A stretch of DNA of 64,000 bases from Adineta vaga (taxonomy: Eukaryota > Animalia > Rotifera): assembly GCA_021613535.1 (NCBI GenBank), contig CP075492.1, positions 6,758,001 through 6,822,000 on the forward strand, read 5' to 3'. Numbering within the stretch: the stretch's first letter is position 1; the number at the start of each line of letters is the position of its first letter. Below are positions 15,380-28,693 of the stretch, in pieces. The notes under the pieces are model-generated. The model was not told the DNA's origin. It worked only from the letters and a program-made list of their open reading frames with translations, and made no database searches. The position numbers were made by a program, and so were the translations under genes.

Positions 15380-18347
15380 AATTTCATCACAAATCTACCT
15401 GTCATTTTTTGTAGCTAAATATGTTCAATCAAAACATTGAGCTCAAAATACTATCCTCTATACATCTTCGAGAATGCGCATTCATTTATCCAATTAGATA
15501 TATATTCATTGTGTAGTATTATTGTTGTTTTGTATTTCTTCTTGCATTGTATTGTACAGAAATGTTTACTGTGCATGTATTTCTTTTTCGTTGTTCTTGT
15601 TGTTACTCTAAGACACATATACATATAGATTTATGTGCTTGTTTATTTTTGCTTTATCTTTAACGAAATAAAATCGTTCCTATCTCATAGATAGATTGAA
15701 TTCATGGAAAACATGTCGATTTTATCTCGAATACTGATTTGAACTTTCTCTATTTAATCTTCGAAATATATTGTTTTTTTGAAGATAACAAATCATTCTT
15801 TTGAAATCGTCAAAAATTTTTCTACGTTTTAATATACTACCGAAATCGGATACGCTCTTATAGGTTCAGTCGGGTTCATAACTATCGAAAATGTACCTTA
15901 CGGTATCTTTCTTTGATACTATCTATAAATCTTTACAAATCAGAGTTGTAAGGACATCTATAGACATCTATTAGTTAAGTTTCCATGAAACTTTCAGAAT
16001 TCAACTACACAGTCATCATGATTTCTCATGAAGAGTGATATAGTTCGTAATCGACTATTACACTTATAAGAAAACTCGTCTAGGAGAATTTAATTCTATC
16101 GATATCTTACTGATTGATCTATAGAGGAACTATTTAGTGACTTCAGAATGCCCAGGTCTAAATATCGTCAAATAAGAGAATAATACAAATCTATCCTATA
16201 GATTTGAATGCTTTATATTTTAAATCGTATAAATAATAGTTACTGAAATACGATTCGACTTTTGAAAGCCTATTAATTTAAACAATTAAAGTCTAGAAAA
16301 TCAAAAAATGTTATCTGATGGCATTCGTCTCGTTCGTATCAATTTATTTCATTCAAAGTAATTCATTAACTAAAACTAGACATCATTATGAGAATTAATT
16401 GATTTGTACTGATTTATTGGAAACAAAAAAAAATAGAGTTCATTTTTAGGTTTTTTATCATAAGTTTCAAAACGAAGATATTTTACCAAAGAAGGAGTCA
16501 AAAATAGTGGTTGTTGTTCGATGCGAAAATTCTCAGTAGAGCTTTATTGAATATATAGATATTTTCTTTTGTTTAAAAGAGCATAAAAAACGAATATATT
16601 TTCAAATCTATCGTTATTATACTAAAATTGAAGCTAGATTTCAAAAATAAAATAAAATCCACTTAGAATTAATGTCTTCTCGTACATTTATCGTCGTTTT
16701 AGCGCAAGCACTCCTTTTATAAGGAGTGGCCGCTGACTTAATGCATAACCAAATTGAAACTTAAAGTTGACAGAGAATTCTGATATCAGTTGATTAACGA
16801 TTCAATTTCATTGTTATTTGAGATGAATATGGCGTATTATCACATCATATTTATCATTCATCTTTTCATTCTTGCCAATTTTAACTTGTACATCTAATGT
16901 ACTCTTTCGTCGTATGCTTCAAGAATCATTAGGTACTTTTCAATGCAATGACAAGAAGTATGAACACAAGTGCTTAAGTAATTTGTCAAATATTACTCGG
17001 CATTCAATTTTCATGGTGTGAACATGTCGTTAACATCATTACTAGGTAACAAATTGACTGTATACGTAAAGTCGTTTTCTTTCTCTCTTTCTAGTTGACA
17101 CACTCTCCAATTAGAGTGTGTTGTTCATGAGAAGAATTAAGTGTGACCTGTCGTTACTAAAGTTTTTTCGTTCATTTACTTTCTTTTTTCAGTCGTCTCT
17201 TAAGACATTTACAATATGAACTAGAGAACAAAATGAATATCTCTCAAGGATGTCTAATGTATACAAATATCTTTTGTGAGACAGTCTTATCTTTCCACTT
17301 GATCTAGTTATATGCGACATCGAAGCATGTGCGTCTCAAGACGGGACACTCAATCTATGTATGTATGTATGTATGTGTGTATAGATTGAGTAACACGAGA
17401 TTTTTCTTTTTCTCATTCTTGAAAATCTTCTTGAATAAATGTGTGTTAATGGATTGAGATTGTTATGGGAAGATACATTCTACTTTAAAGATTTTTTTTC
17501 TTGTTCTCTCATCTCGTCATTTTCAATGTCAATACTCTAACAGCGGCACTTTATATCTATCCTAAAAGCATTCTATTTTCCTATACAATTGAAAATGTAT
17601 GCCCGGAAGATGACTCAAATCTATTTAAACTTGTCGTTTTGTCTCTCATTCTTCTCCTATCTATTCACACTTATTCTTGAAAATGATGAAGTTTTTATGT
17701 GTGATGTGTTACAGCAACACATTGACACATATGTCAATAGATACATAAGGATAGACATATTTTCACGTCATTTGACACGGACGAGATCAATATCCGGTTG
17801 TTAAGAGTATTTATTTCTTTTCGTTTGCTTGGCGATTTTTTTTTTATTTTGAAAGTGAATATTTGCTAAATAGTAGAACGATCTCGTATATGTCTACTTT
17901 ATTTCATGTCAATCATCATGATATGATAATGATGACGTGTGTGTGTGTTTATGAAGAGAAAGTTTGTGTGAGATAATCATTTTCTATACAGAATGTCATT
18001 GCTAATTGGAGTAAATACATGAGTTAAAATAAAGAGGAAGTGATGATCTTCTTGCGTAAGTTTCGAGTGAATACTTCAATTAATGATCGTAATCTTACTT
18101 GTCATACAATAGATAGTATTGTACTAGACAGGTAACCAATATAGATTTCTTTCCATGACGCAATTTATTTTATACAATTTCAATTAATTTTTTTATCATC
18201 ATTATCATCATTGTCTATACCATTAAAGCACACACATCTATACAATAACAACTCTCATTTGATCATACTGTTCCTTATCATTATATTCAGTTTAACATAC
18301 AAAGAAAAAGAAAAATGCTTACAATAAGATACACAAAGATTCAACAA

Positions 18348-19559
18348 TTAGAATATACTTTCATAATAATCATTATCATCATGACTTTGTGGACAATAAC
18401 TTGAATAAAAATGTTCATCTATTAGTTGTAGATGAAATCTTTTCTTTCGTTTCAACCATACATTAAGTACAGATGCAAGTGTTCTTTGTTTAATATCAAA
18501 TTTAGTCCATACAGAACGAAATAAAAATCCATGTAAAGGACATGATGGTGCAAAGATTGATATTCGATGACTTGATTGATGAAGATTATCACGAAGTTTC
18601 AATGAGAAATCATATGAATTTACATTCATCTTATCTAATTGTAATTGTGTTAAATCAAATAATGATTGTATAATAAGAATTTTAACTGATGAAGGAAAGA
18701 ATTTAATTGCTTCACTACCTAATAAACATTTATACCGAGATTCTAATTGACATGATGAAGATATTTGTGTATTCCAATAGATCATTCCTTGATTAATTTT
18801 TGATATACCATTTGAATTATCGGAATAATCAATAAACCAAGCCGAATCGATAACAACACGTAAGTCAATATGAGGAGAAAATTTCGGAAATAAATCTGGT
18901 AGATTTAATAATAAACCTAAACCACCAGCAGAAAAGCCGACAAAGAGAAGTTGTTTTGCATGATGAAAATAATTTTGTTGATGAAATATTGCATGAAAAA
19001 TATCATAACCATGTGAATGAGTAAGATTTGATGAACCAGACCAAAGATCAGATGAACAATAGGGTGCATAGATAATATTATATTGTTTAAATGATGATAG
19101 AATTCCTGACAAGAACTTCTTTTCATTGAAATTTTTCGTTGTGATTAAATCTGGCGAATACTGACGGCGAAAATCGCATGAATCTTTGGAGTAACAAAAC
19201 CAACCACCATCGAAATAGATTAACCAACGAGCATGTGGATTATTCGCAAGACGAATATAATATGAAGCAATACTATTATCCATACAACGTGCATTTGGAT
19301 AATTATTTAACGAAATTCGATGAAAGTGTTCATTGAATGAAGATGAAGTGGAAGAGGAAGTAGATGGAAGAGTTTGACGACGATAAATAAGTGAAAGAAT
19401 AATTAAACTAGGAATAGTTAAACACAGAAATAGAACGATAATACCAATTTCAATATGATATGGTCTCGAATACGTTTTGGTTTTCAATAAATCAGGACTT
19501 GATGTCGGAGATGATGAGACAGACGACGTCATGATTAGATTTGAACAACTAATTTTCAT
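18348..19559 (-). CDS. notum: Notum-like palmitoleoyl-protein carboxylesterase (pectinacetylesterase family), intronless; start may be the ATG at 19532
   Basis: RWLIYFDGGWFCY, PYCSSDLWSG, GFSAGG (nucleophile), IDSAWFID, QSLFD (Asp) and FAPSCPLH (His) align with Notum motifs. N-terminal hydrophobic segment present. Confidence 0.88.
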   Translation of the reverse strand: MKISCSNLIMTSSVSSSPTSSPDLLKTKTYSRPYHIEIGIIVLFLCLTIPSLIILSLIYRRQTLPSTSSSTSSSFNEHFHRISLNNYPNARCMDNSIASYYIRLANNPHARWLIYFDGGWFCYSKDSCDFRRQYSPDLITTKNFNEKKFLSGILSSFKQYNIIYAPYCSSDLWSGSSNLTHSHGYDIFHAIFHQQNYFHHAKQLLFVGFSAGGLGLLLNLPDLFPKFSPHIDLRVVIDSAWFIDYSDNSNGISKINQGMIYWNTQISSSCQLESRYKCLLGSEAIKFFPSSVKILIIQSLFDLTQLQLDKMNVNSYDFSLKLRDNLHQSSHRISIFAPSCPLHGFLFRSVWTKFDIKQRTLASVLNVWLKRKKRFHLQLIDEHFYSSYCPQSHDDNDYYESIF

Positions 19560-20859
19560 TTGACATAGACATTTTGTGCTTATTCTCTTTTCTCTCGTTC
19601 TTTTTTTTTCTTTCTTCGTATATGTAACGGAACAGAAAGCAAGAGAGCGAAAGGGAGAGAGAGAGAGAACAGAAATGTTTTTTTTTATAAATGACGAACG
19701 ATTAGTGATGGATAGCAGAACTAAATATTAACAAATCAATATATTTAAAAAAAAAGAAAAGAAAATGAACAACAATTCAATCATCAACACTCCATGACAT
19801 ACGATTGATACGAGAATTTTCTCATGAAAATGACCGATTTACTCTCATCTGTCAAGCTTACTGATTAGTATGTCTAGTTAAAGTGTCATCCGAAAAACAT
19901 TGTTTTGTCTCTACGATCATTATCGTGGAGTGTTCGAACTATTGAATAAGATGTATTTCATGATGTCTATTGTGAGCAACAGCAGCCGACAATGTCAGCG
20001 ATGTTCAAGGACAGGTAACAATATGTTACGATTTTTACAATACTTGTCAGACTTTTAAAAACTCATTTGCCATAATCAAAAGAAAATAAATGGAATAAAA
20101 TGCTACAACGTATATCTCAATGCATTAACTTGAGTTTATTCAATTGTAAAAGTAAACAATTAACGTCAATCGTTCGTTCTTTAGATCGTCTAGTCTTTAT
20201 AGTCTACTTGTAATTATTCTTAGATACATAAAAAAAAGGCACATATGCGTGAATAAATCGTTATTAATATCATTTTCCAGCTGTACAGTTATGTCTTTGA
20301 AAGAGATAATTATTATTCAGATCAATAATTAAAAGTTATTCAGAAACCTTCATTTGACTTTTATAGCGAATTATCAATTACATTATGTCTGTAGAGATGA
20401 CGATAAGAAGTTTTCTCTTGTTCGTGATATTTGTCTATCGATTGTGAATCTCTTCTTGTATTGAATTTCACAGTAACGATGATCGATGATCAGTTGTAAT
20501 GTAAATAAAACAAGTTTTATTATTGATGAACAGAGATTTTTTTAACGTGTTAAATTTCAACTATTCTTATCGAACAATCATCTGAATAAATCACGTCGTT
20601 TTATCTATTGTCAATTATCGACAAGCACAATTGACTTGATATCAGATAGGTTTTTGCTTTGTATAAAGAAAAGGACTTTTCAAAACTACAGTAGGTGGTA
20701 GATTGAATTCTTTTCTTCATACTTTAATGATATTCAACAAAAGAATCGATGGTTGAATACAGATCCTCATGTGGTCTATTTACCTTGAACGATAAAGACA
20801 AGCTATGGTGATTTTATTTCAATTTACAGTCAATGTTTACAATTCAACAATGATTTTCT

Positions 20860-21393
20860 TAGATACGTTGAATTACCATTTCCAACGAGTGATTTGTTTT
20901 GGATATAGCAAATTTCAATGCTAGACAATATGTATAAGCAGGCTGATCTTGTTCGAATGAATACAATAAAATGAATGATTTCGAAATCGATGAAAAGTTA
21001 CGTTCCATTACCCAGTGGTACATTATCATTGATTTCATATAGATTTTCTTGTTGTTTATAACGATGACGAATAAATTCCGATAATGATCGATAGAAACGT
21101 GCATAACTGGCAACAGAAGATTTTGCTTGTTCTTCAATATCCGATGCAAAAATAGATTTTCTTGAATAATGGTAAAGTTTATTATAGACTCGATCATAAA
21201 CATAGACAAAAGCATTTGTAATGTAATTCAAGTTAACAAAGGTGATGGTGATACCCAAGAAAGATCAATTGTAGACAATGGTGTTTTGAAACGTCCATAG
21301 ACTTTTACTTCATCAAGATTATCCGATTTAGGTACATCTAAATGATTAGAAATAAGATTAAAAGTCAAGTAAAAAAATGCTTCACTCACCCAT
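20860..21393 (-). pseudogene. Possible small spliced gene or pseudogene of unknown function, with an apparent frameshift near 21260
   Basis: ATG G|gtgagt donor (about 21390) and an acceptor near 21338 give MDVPKSDNLDEVKVYGRFKTPLSTID. Protein-like sequence continues only in a shifted frame (LGITITF..YARFYRSLSEFIRHRY..). A further GT-AG intron lies at about 20950-21001. Confidence 0.3.
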
Positions 21394-21570
21394 CTCATCT
21401 AGTAAGAAGAAATAACAACAACCAATTTAATCTTTGATTTAGAAACAATTCTTAATCCATCGTCTACTTGCTACATCTAACGAAATTGAAATATTACGGA
21501 GCATTGGACAGGATAGATACCATTCAGTTTAGTTAAATCTACTTTAGTTTCATCAATCACACTTAACTTA

Positions 21571-22318
21571 ATGATGCATGTTCATCGTTTTCTTTCTCGA
21601 TTTGTGACCACTGTCGGTTACCTTAACAGGACAACATACATTTAATGCAGTGCTTGATGTTTATAAAATTTCAATTTACAATCTCATTCAAAAGAAATAT
21701 TGTCGATATAAATCATCCGATGTTACCGGTGTTGCATTTTCTCCTCTTCCTGATGCAGAACTAAAGATTCAACTCTATTATAAATCACAAGAAATCAAAA
21801 AACGTAAAGAAAAATTAAAAGAAATAGCCCAATCAATATGGAATAAGAAACCCAATGTAAACTATGCTCGAATTACTTTGGATGAATGTAAAAAAATGTA
21901 CGAAGAACATACTGGTCGTGTACCTTCGCCATGGGAAGCTAAACAAATTTACAGGTATATCAGTTTTATCTATCTTCATCAATGTACCTTCATAAAAAAA
22001 AGTAGAGCATTTCAAAGAGAACTTTTTCTCTTCATAGTAAAAATTTCGACTTGTTTTTGTAGTACAACATTGGGACAGTATGCACCATGGCGTCATTTTC
22101 AAGAAGAGAAAGAAAGACAGCAACATGTCGTAGCAATGATCGAAGAAGTATACAATGATTTGCAAAAAGAAGTAAAACAAGGAAAAGATATGACATTATC
22201 CAGAAGTGATTTGACAGTTTTACTTGAAAGAAAACTTGGAGAATTACCTACATCGAGCGATGTCGAAGATATGTGGATGGATCGATTTCGATTACCACTT
22301 GTTAATTGGCGTGAATAA
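21571..22318 (+). CDS. Orphan protein (about 200 aa) with a possible mitochondrial presequence and two degenerate helix-loop-helix repeats
   Basis: Open frame 21650-22318 with a probable in-frame intron 21955-22062 (gtatat..tgtag). Upstream ATG 21571 (MMHVHRFLSRFVTTV) joins only through a very short intron, so the 5' end is uncertain. Confidence 0.5.
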
Positions 22319-23250
22319 AATCGGCAGCTGAAAACGATTATTTTGTTGTTGTTATTAAACAAGCAATTGTTTACAATATAGAATAGTTTGATTGTATACC
22401 TATATCAAAATTTTCTGATTTGATTCACAGAACAGTTACCTAGTTATCCTCTGCTCCTAAATTTAATTGAAACCGAATGAATGTGAATTATGTACACTAT
22501 TTTTTTAGGGAAACAGAGCTTCAATTCGCTAACTTTCATGTGTGCAAGTGTCCTTATGAAATAGAAACGTAAAAGATGGATATAAATTCAGAACTCGATA
22601 TAATGAACTTCATCAAGAGATCATTTTCAAACTAAATCAATGCAGCGAGTATTTGAAAACGGCAGAGAATTTATCAACCAAAGTAACGAATATGAAACTT
22701 ATTTTAGAAGAGAGAGAGAGAGATAGCGAATAAGTTGCTAGATGAGATAATGACTAGTGAAGAAGAAGAAAGTCCTGCTACTAGTACACCGTTTTCATAT
22801 GGCACTTTAGGTAATCTATCTACGTATTCCCCCGTGAGTTTTGCTAATGCTGGCGGTTATCCTTCCCTATTCATTGATATGACAGGAAAAGACAATGCAA
22901 CTTTTACAGACAGTCATAACTTCACTGCATCTGAGACATGCAAGTAAATTCTGTTGTTATTAATAAAAATTTAATCGATTTCAGTAGAAATGATCGATCG
23001 AATAGCTGTGTTCTGTAACAATAAACTTTCTTGACGTACATATTTTCAAATTTATTTCATTATTTTTTCATTAGATTTTTTTTTCTTGACTGAATTTAAT
23101 CAGTCAAAACTCAGACAACATCGGATAAGCAGCAAAAACAACAACATAAAAAAACAAAAACAAACATTTTGAAAGCGGATGAGTATTTTTATCAGAATAA
23201 CCAAGCAAAAAATACTTTATAAACCTTTTAATTGATATTTCTCGTCATTT

Positions 23251-26200
23251 TCACACATACCACATCGTATCTTGAATAGATGGATCAAGTTGAATTAACC
23301 TTGATTCTACTTCTTGCAAAGTAATTGAACCAATACCTTCCACTAACTCATCATCATCAAAATCTCTATAAATGTCAAATATTCTATCTATTTCAAGAAT
23401 AATTACAATTTCCTACCCTGCTGTACTCTTTCGATCATTTTCAAAACTTTCTGCATCTCGTGATTGATATGCAGCTAAATGTGCATAATGCACAGGTGCT
23501 GGCACCGATACTGCTTTCGTACATCGAACATCCGAATGACAAAGATAATATGTTAGAGATTGTATTTCATCAGATGAAAAACCAATTTCATCATATAAAA
23601 CATGATATAGAATAGGTCTAGATGTTCCTATAAAGATAATTGTATTATTTAGAAATGGAACAGATGAATAAGAAAGTTAACCTTGAATAGCAGCATGACT
23701 ATTGAGATAAAAATCAAAACTTTGTGGATGAACAATATTCGTATCAACAATAGTACCTAACAATAACGATAACAATGAATTGAATGATAGAAGTCGAATT
23801 TACCTGGTAGTACATTATTTATGCTTCCTGTTTGAGGATCTTGAAGAAAAAATCGTGTATTATGTCGTTTTTTCACAATAATAAAGGTTATTTTTGGCAA
23901 TGGATTATTCATATAAAGTGCTAAAATGACGCATTTTTCTGTCTAAAGTGAAATTGAATGTAACAATCGATTACTTTTACAAGCATTTTGTAATGCACGT
24001 ATTTCATTGTCAAGAACTTTTTGAAAATGTCCATCATCAACACCTAAAATGAATACATATCCAATAGAAAGTGTTCATTCAAAGTCAAAATTATTTACCA
24101 TCACGATAAAACACAATTTTATTTGGAAAACATCCATTCTTTTGTGCAAAAAGTTTCAATAAATCTGTTGACATTTGATATAAATCTTTAATAATCTCTA
24201 ATGAGATCTTTCCTCGAGCAGGATACTGTTCACCAACTCTAGATGCATATTGGGTACCTAAAATCATTTCTCGTCTAATTCTCTATGTAACAATCAATCT
24301 TGCATACTCGTCGAATCAACTGAACCAACTACAGCTGCAATAGATGGTTTCTCTCTCGAACATGTTATATGTGTCACATCAGCACCAAAAAACATGAAAA
24401 CATCATCTCGTGCAGAAGAAGATGTCAATGCACGAGCTAAAGAGACCATGCCATTAACACCACCGAGTTTTGCATTGAATTTTTGTACGAGATTCTGTAA
24501 ATACTGAAATAAAACAAAAATATATCACCAGTACAATTTTAATTAACCCTTCGTACCATATCGAGTTTTCGAGCTCGAATATTCTTTGCAATAGCAACAA
24601 AATCTGTACATCTAAACAAACGAAATTTTCTTCAAAATCATTCATTTCAAAAATTTATTCTTACTGTGTTACAATTCCAAGTTTTTGATTTCCAAAATAT
24701 TTGATTGTTTTATAAGTATCTTCTCCTACACCATTAAGAATAAATACAACTACTTCACAATTCTGTTCTTTTAGTGTTTGTAAACGTTTATGAATCACTT
24801 CAGGATTTGCTGGATCACTGCTCATTATTGGACTTGATTCAAAATAGATTCCATACTGTGCGATAATCTACAACATAAACAAAGAAAATCATTTTTCGAG
24901 AAAGACAAGAAAAACAACGTGGATTTACTAAAGGAAATTGTCCAACAAATTGATTAGCTATAGATAATTGATTGTTATTCGGTTTTTGTGTTGAAACCAT
25001 AACACATGCCCAACGTTTAATAGATTTTGTTGTTTGAAAACGATTTCTTAGATTCCATCTAAGATAAAACTCAATCAATCAAAAATATTCTTTTCATACT
25101 TTTACAAAGATTTCCTACTTTCCAATATTGATTCGTTCAACGATTTCACTTATTCCATCTCGTCCACTTTTATATTTAATCTCAGGTGGAGGTATACATC
25201 GTGCAGGTACAGTAATCATCTTATCGTCATTTATACTCATGCCTATTTCATTAAGATATCTATCTGCATTAAAATTTCGTGTTTTAACAATATCCATGAT
25301 TGCTTTATAACGTTGACCCGGATTAACAACAGTTTTCTTTGTTACTCGTGCACGTTGATCCGTAGTCAATGGTTTGATTGAACGTTGCCATGCTTGAATT
25401 GTACAACATTCCATTGGTAAATAATGAAATTGTGTTTTATTCGGTGGTGTATATAATTCTAATAGAATCAATTCAAATACATGATTATAATGACATAGTA
25501 TTCATTTACCAACTGTTAGTAAATCAGGATATTGTAATTGAATATTATATTTCTCTTTAAAATAAGCAGAGACTGATTGTCGTTCTTGACTATCATCATC
25601 AACACCATCAACATGACGGGCAAATGTATGTTGACGAGCAGATGCACCAAAACCACGTATACGATATTTTCGTACATTTTCACCATGATGAGTTTCAAGC
25701 CATATTGGTTTAAGAACTTTACGTAATAGTAATTGTTGTTCACGTTCATCAATACCTAAATCAAACTTGAAATATCAAGTAATTAACGAAAAACTTATTG
25801 CATTACCATCCTGAACAATATCATGTTGAAGATATTCACAAAGAAAATGAACCAAATTAAATGGTTGATAAAAACATGTAAACGTTGAATTGATATTTAT
25901 TGTAGCACCAATACGAGTGAGAAACATAGCTTGATAAAAGCCACTCGCTAAACCTCGACCACACCTACAAATGATTATTTGTATACAAGAGAAATATTTA
26001 ATGATGTAACATACCTAAATCATCTAATTCTTGTCGTCGATCATAAAATTGATTTTTCACACAAACCATCGTTGCTCGAGTTGTTTGTTTCAAAAGAGTT
26101 TCAAGAATTCTAATTGGATCCCTAGGACGTATTGCAATTCTATTCTCAATAAAATCCCATAAAGTCTAAAAGAGAAAATCAATTCATTTCTTTGTTAATT

Positions 26201-26996
26201 CTAAAACAATAGTTCGTACTTGAATATCATATGATTTAACAAGATTAATAATTAATAATCGATATTTTTGTTCTCGATCACTTTTTTTATCTTTTATTAT
26301 AATTTCATATTGATCTTTTAAATCAACAAGTAATTCAATTGAATAAAGACTTTTGCCTTCATCATACCATACTAAGGGAAAATTTTCTCGTTCAATAATT
26401 TTTCGTAAAATAATAAAACGATCATCTTTTTTTGCAGGTCGCCATGTACCATCACGGTTAGCAGCTTGTAAGTCAATATCATATTGATGACATTTTAATG
26501 TTCGAGGAATATTACAAATGAAATGATTTGTTTGTAAATTTAACTGACGACCAGCTCGAAAAAAGAAGAGAAAAGAAGTTTCAAGTCAATGAATTCTTCT
26601 CGTTTTATGTTACAATTACCTATACCACCTTGATCTGGTCGGGAAGCGAAAGAGACTAGGGCTGTTTCTGGTACAGCAGAATGAATAGGATCACGAAAAA
26701 ATCGTGTTGATTTTGCACGAGCTGTTGATGAACGAGATGTAGATTTACGTTGATCTCCATTGGATCGTCGTCCTGATGATGATGAAGGTGGACGGTTAGA
26801 TGTATTATTATCTTTATTTCCAGGATGAAATTTTTCAGGTTTTATCGCCATGGACTGAGATCTGTAAGGTTCCGGTGGGCCTGCTGTCGATCGATTAAAC
26901 CTCTCTAAATAAAAGATTTCTTATTGATGATAGATTTTATTTAACAATTGTCTACTTACTACCACGACCTCGGCCATGACAACCGGATGCTGACAT
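23251..26996 (-). CDS. ago: Argonaute (AGO clade; N-PAZ-MID-PIWI), many exons, catalytic DEDH intact
   Basis: Exon 1 [12 protein letters not shown] (ATG 26996). HYLPMECC (PAZ end), [68 protein letters not shown]-terminus DTMWYV*, stop at 23251-23253. Confidence 0.95.
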
Positions 26997-27965
26997 ACTT
27001 TCTAGTTAAAAATACTGTCAATAAAATATTTCTAGAAGAAATTAAATTAAATTTAATATATAGAACAGTGAGTATTTTCTCAGAGTTTGTAAAACTATAC
27101 TTAATCAGAAAAATTGGAAAAAAGTCCACGAAGGGATTTCTAACCGAAACTATTATTTTATTTAAAATATGTTTCTTCGTTTTTTGTTTTATTTCAAACG
27201 ATTGGTTATCATGCAAGCCAACCTATTAGCGACATCTTTTCACTCTAGTTAAAACTTTCTCAAAGGTTGTAACAGAATAAGATTTGATATTTTGGAAGTG
27301 AATTTTTATAAGCTCTTGAATGTCAAATGGTGTGTTCATAATTTTCTTGCTTAAATATTAATATAAGGTTATCAACTGATCAGTTTTCCAGAATCCAGTT
27401 ATGTAATATTGAACCATTTTACCTAGGACACATAAGGCATAGCACAAAGATATTCTTATTCTCTTCCTATACTAATTACGAGACTATGCCGACCTATATA
27501 TTATCAGTATAACATTCAAAAAGAACGAGTATTATCAATTTTATTCAACAAAAATAGATAAAAACAATATTAATAGATAACATAATAGGATTGAAGAATC
27601 TATAAATTACAATCCTTCTTTGTAATAATGCAGCATAAAAAGGTAAGACAAAATAATACATCTATAGGTGTTATGTATAGTAAGTTATCATACTATACAG
27701 TCCAAATCACTTAGCTATCAATTAAAGATATACGTTTTATTTGGCGAATCCAAGAAAATGCGTCTGAATATATATCACGTGCAAAACGCACGTGTTAGAA
27801 ACCAAAAGAACAAAATTTGCCTATCAACATTTTCTCTTCTACGTATATTTATTGATTCTCCAACCAACATATTTATACATACACTGAATGATCCATGGAG
27901 AAAAGAGTAAAAAAGAGCGTATTTTTCTTTTAGATTTTACATTCATTTAAAGTATAATAAGTATC

Positions 27966-28693
27966 ATGGCAAGTAATCTTACACGTGCACTCCTATGTGG
28001 CTCACGAAGTAAGATTGAAAATGGATGGCTTTAACTATTGATTTGAACAATATATTTGTTCGATCTAATAGGTGTACAGACAAGTTTTGTTCGTACACTC
28101 GGTTCCAAAGGACCAGGTGGTGATAACAATCCATCCGGTGGTTATGGAGGAAGTGATCCAAATTCTCAATCATCAGGTAATCATGGAGGCAGCTCGAGTA
28201 ACAAGAGCAGTCCAGCATCTCAATCATCAAGTGATGATTTAAATAAAGATAAATCGACTTCAAAGAAAGCACGTGAAGGTACATGTCTTTATATTTACCA
28301 AATGATAATCATTCTATAGTTTTGTATTTATGTAGCTGCTGGTGACATGTCTGATTCTGTTAAAAGTAAGATAAAAATTTCTCAATAGATGTGATTGAAT
28401 ATGATTACAATAGAGGCAGCGAATAAAACCACTGAATGGACTAAAGATGCTGTAAGTTTCTAATTTAGATGAAATAGATCAATGAAAAGCACAACTTGTG
28501 TTTTATTTAGAAACAAAATCAATCCTCGAATAATGATCATGATTCAGATAAACGAAAGGACGATAAACATAAAAATGACAGCGATAAGAAAAAATACGAT
28601 GGTGATAAAGGCAAAAAATCTCATGTTAGTAAATTTGTTTCATCATACCGAAATTTCTTTCTTTCTTTCTTTCTTGTTTTTCTTTTCTAGTAA
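27966..28693 (+). CDS. Small hydrophilic LEA-like/hydrophilin protein (about 144 aa) with a putative mitochondrial targeting peptide
   Basis: Exons 27966-28008, 28072-28278, 28336-28365, 28414-28451, 28511-28624 and TAA 28691-28693 splice in frame by GT-AG. Product: MASNLTRALLCGSRSVQTSFVRTLGSK-(G/S/N-rich)-KKAREAAGDMSDSVKKAANKTTEWTKDA-(K/D-rich). Confidence 0.7.

Noticed and set aside
16709-16728. Perfect 8-bp hairpin cactcctt-ttat-aaggagtg
   Set aside because: Isolated, with no Helitron CTRR end, U-tract or repeat context; plausible by chance.
22735-22947. 70-aa ORF with protein-like composition ending at a possible donor site
   Set aside because: No motif and no downstream exon found before the Argonaute 3' end.
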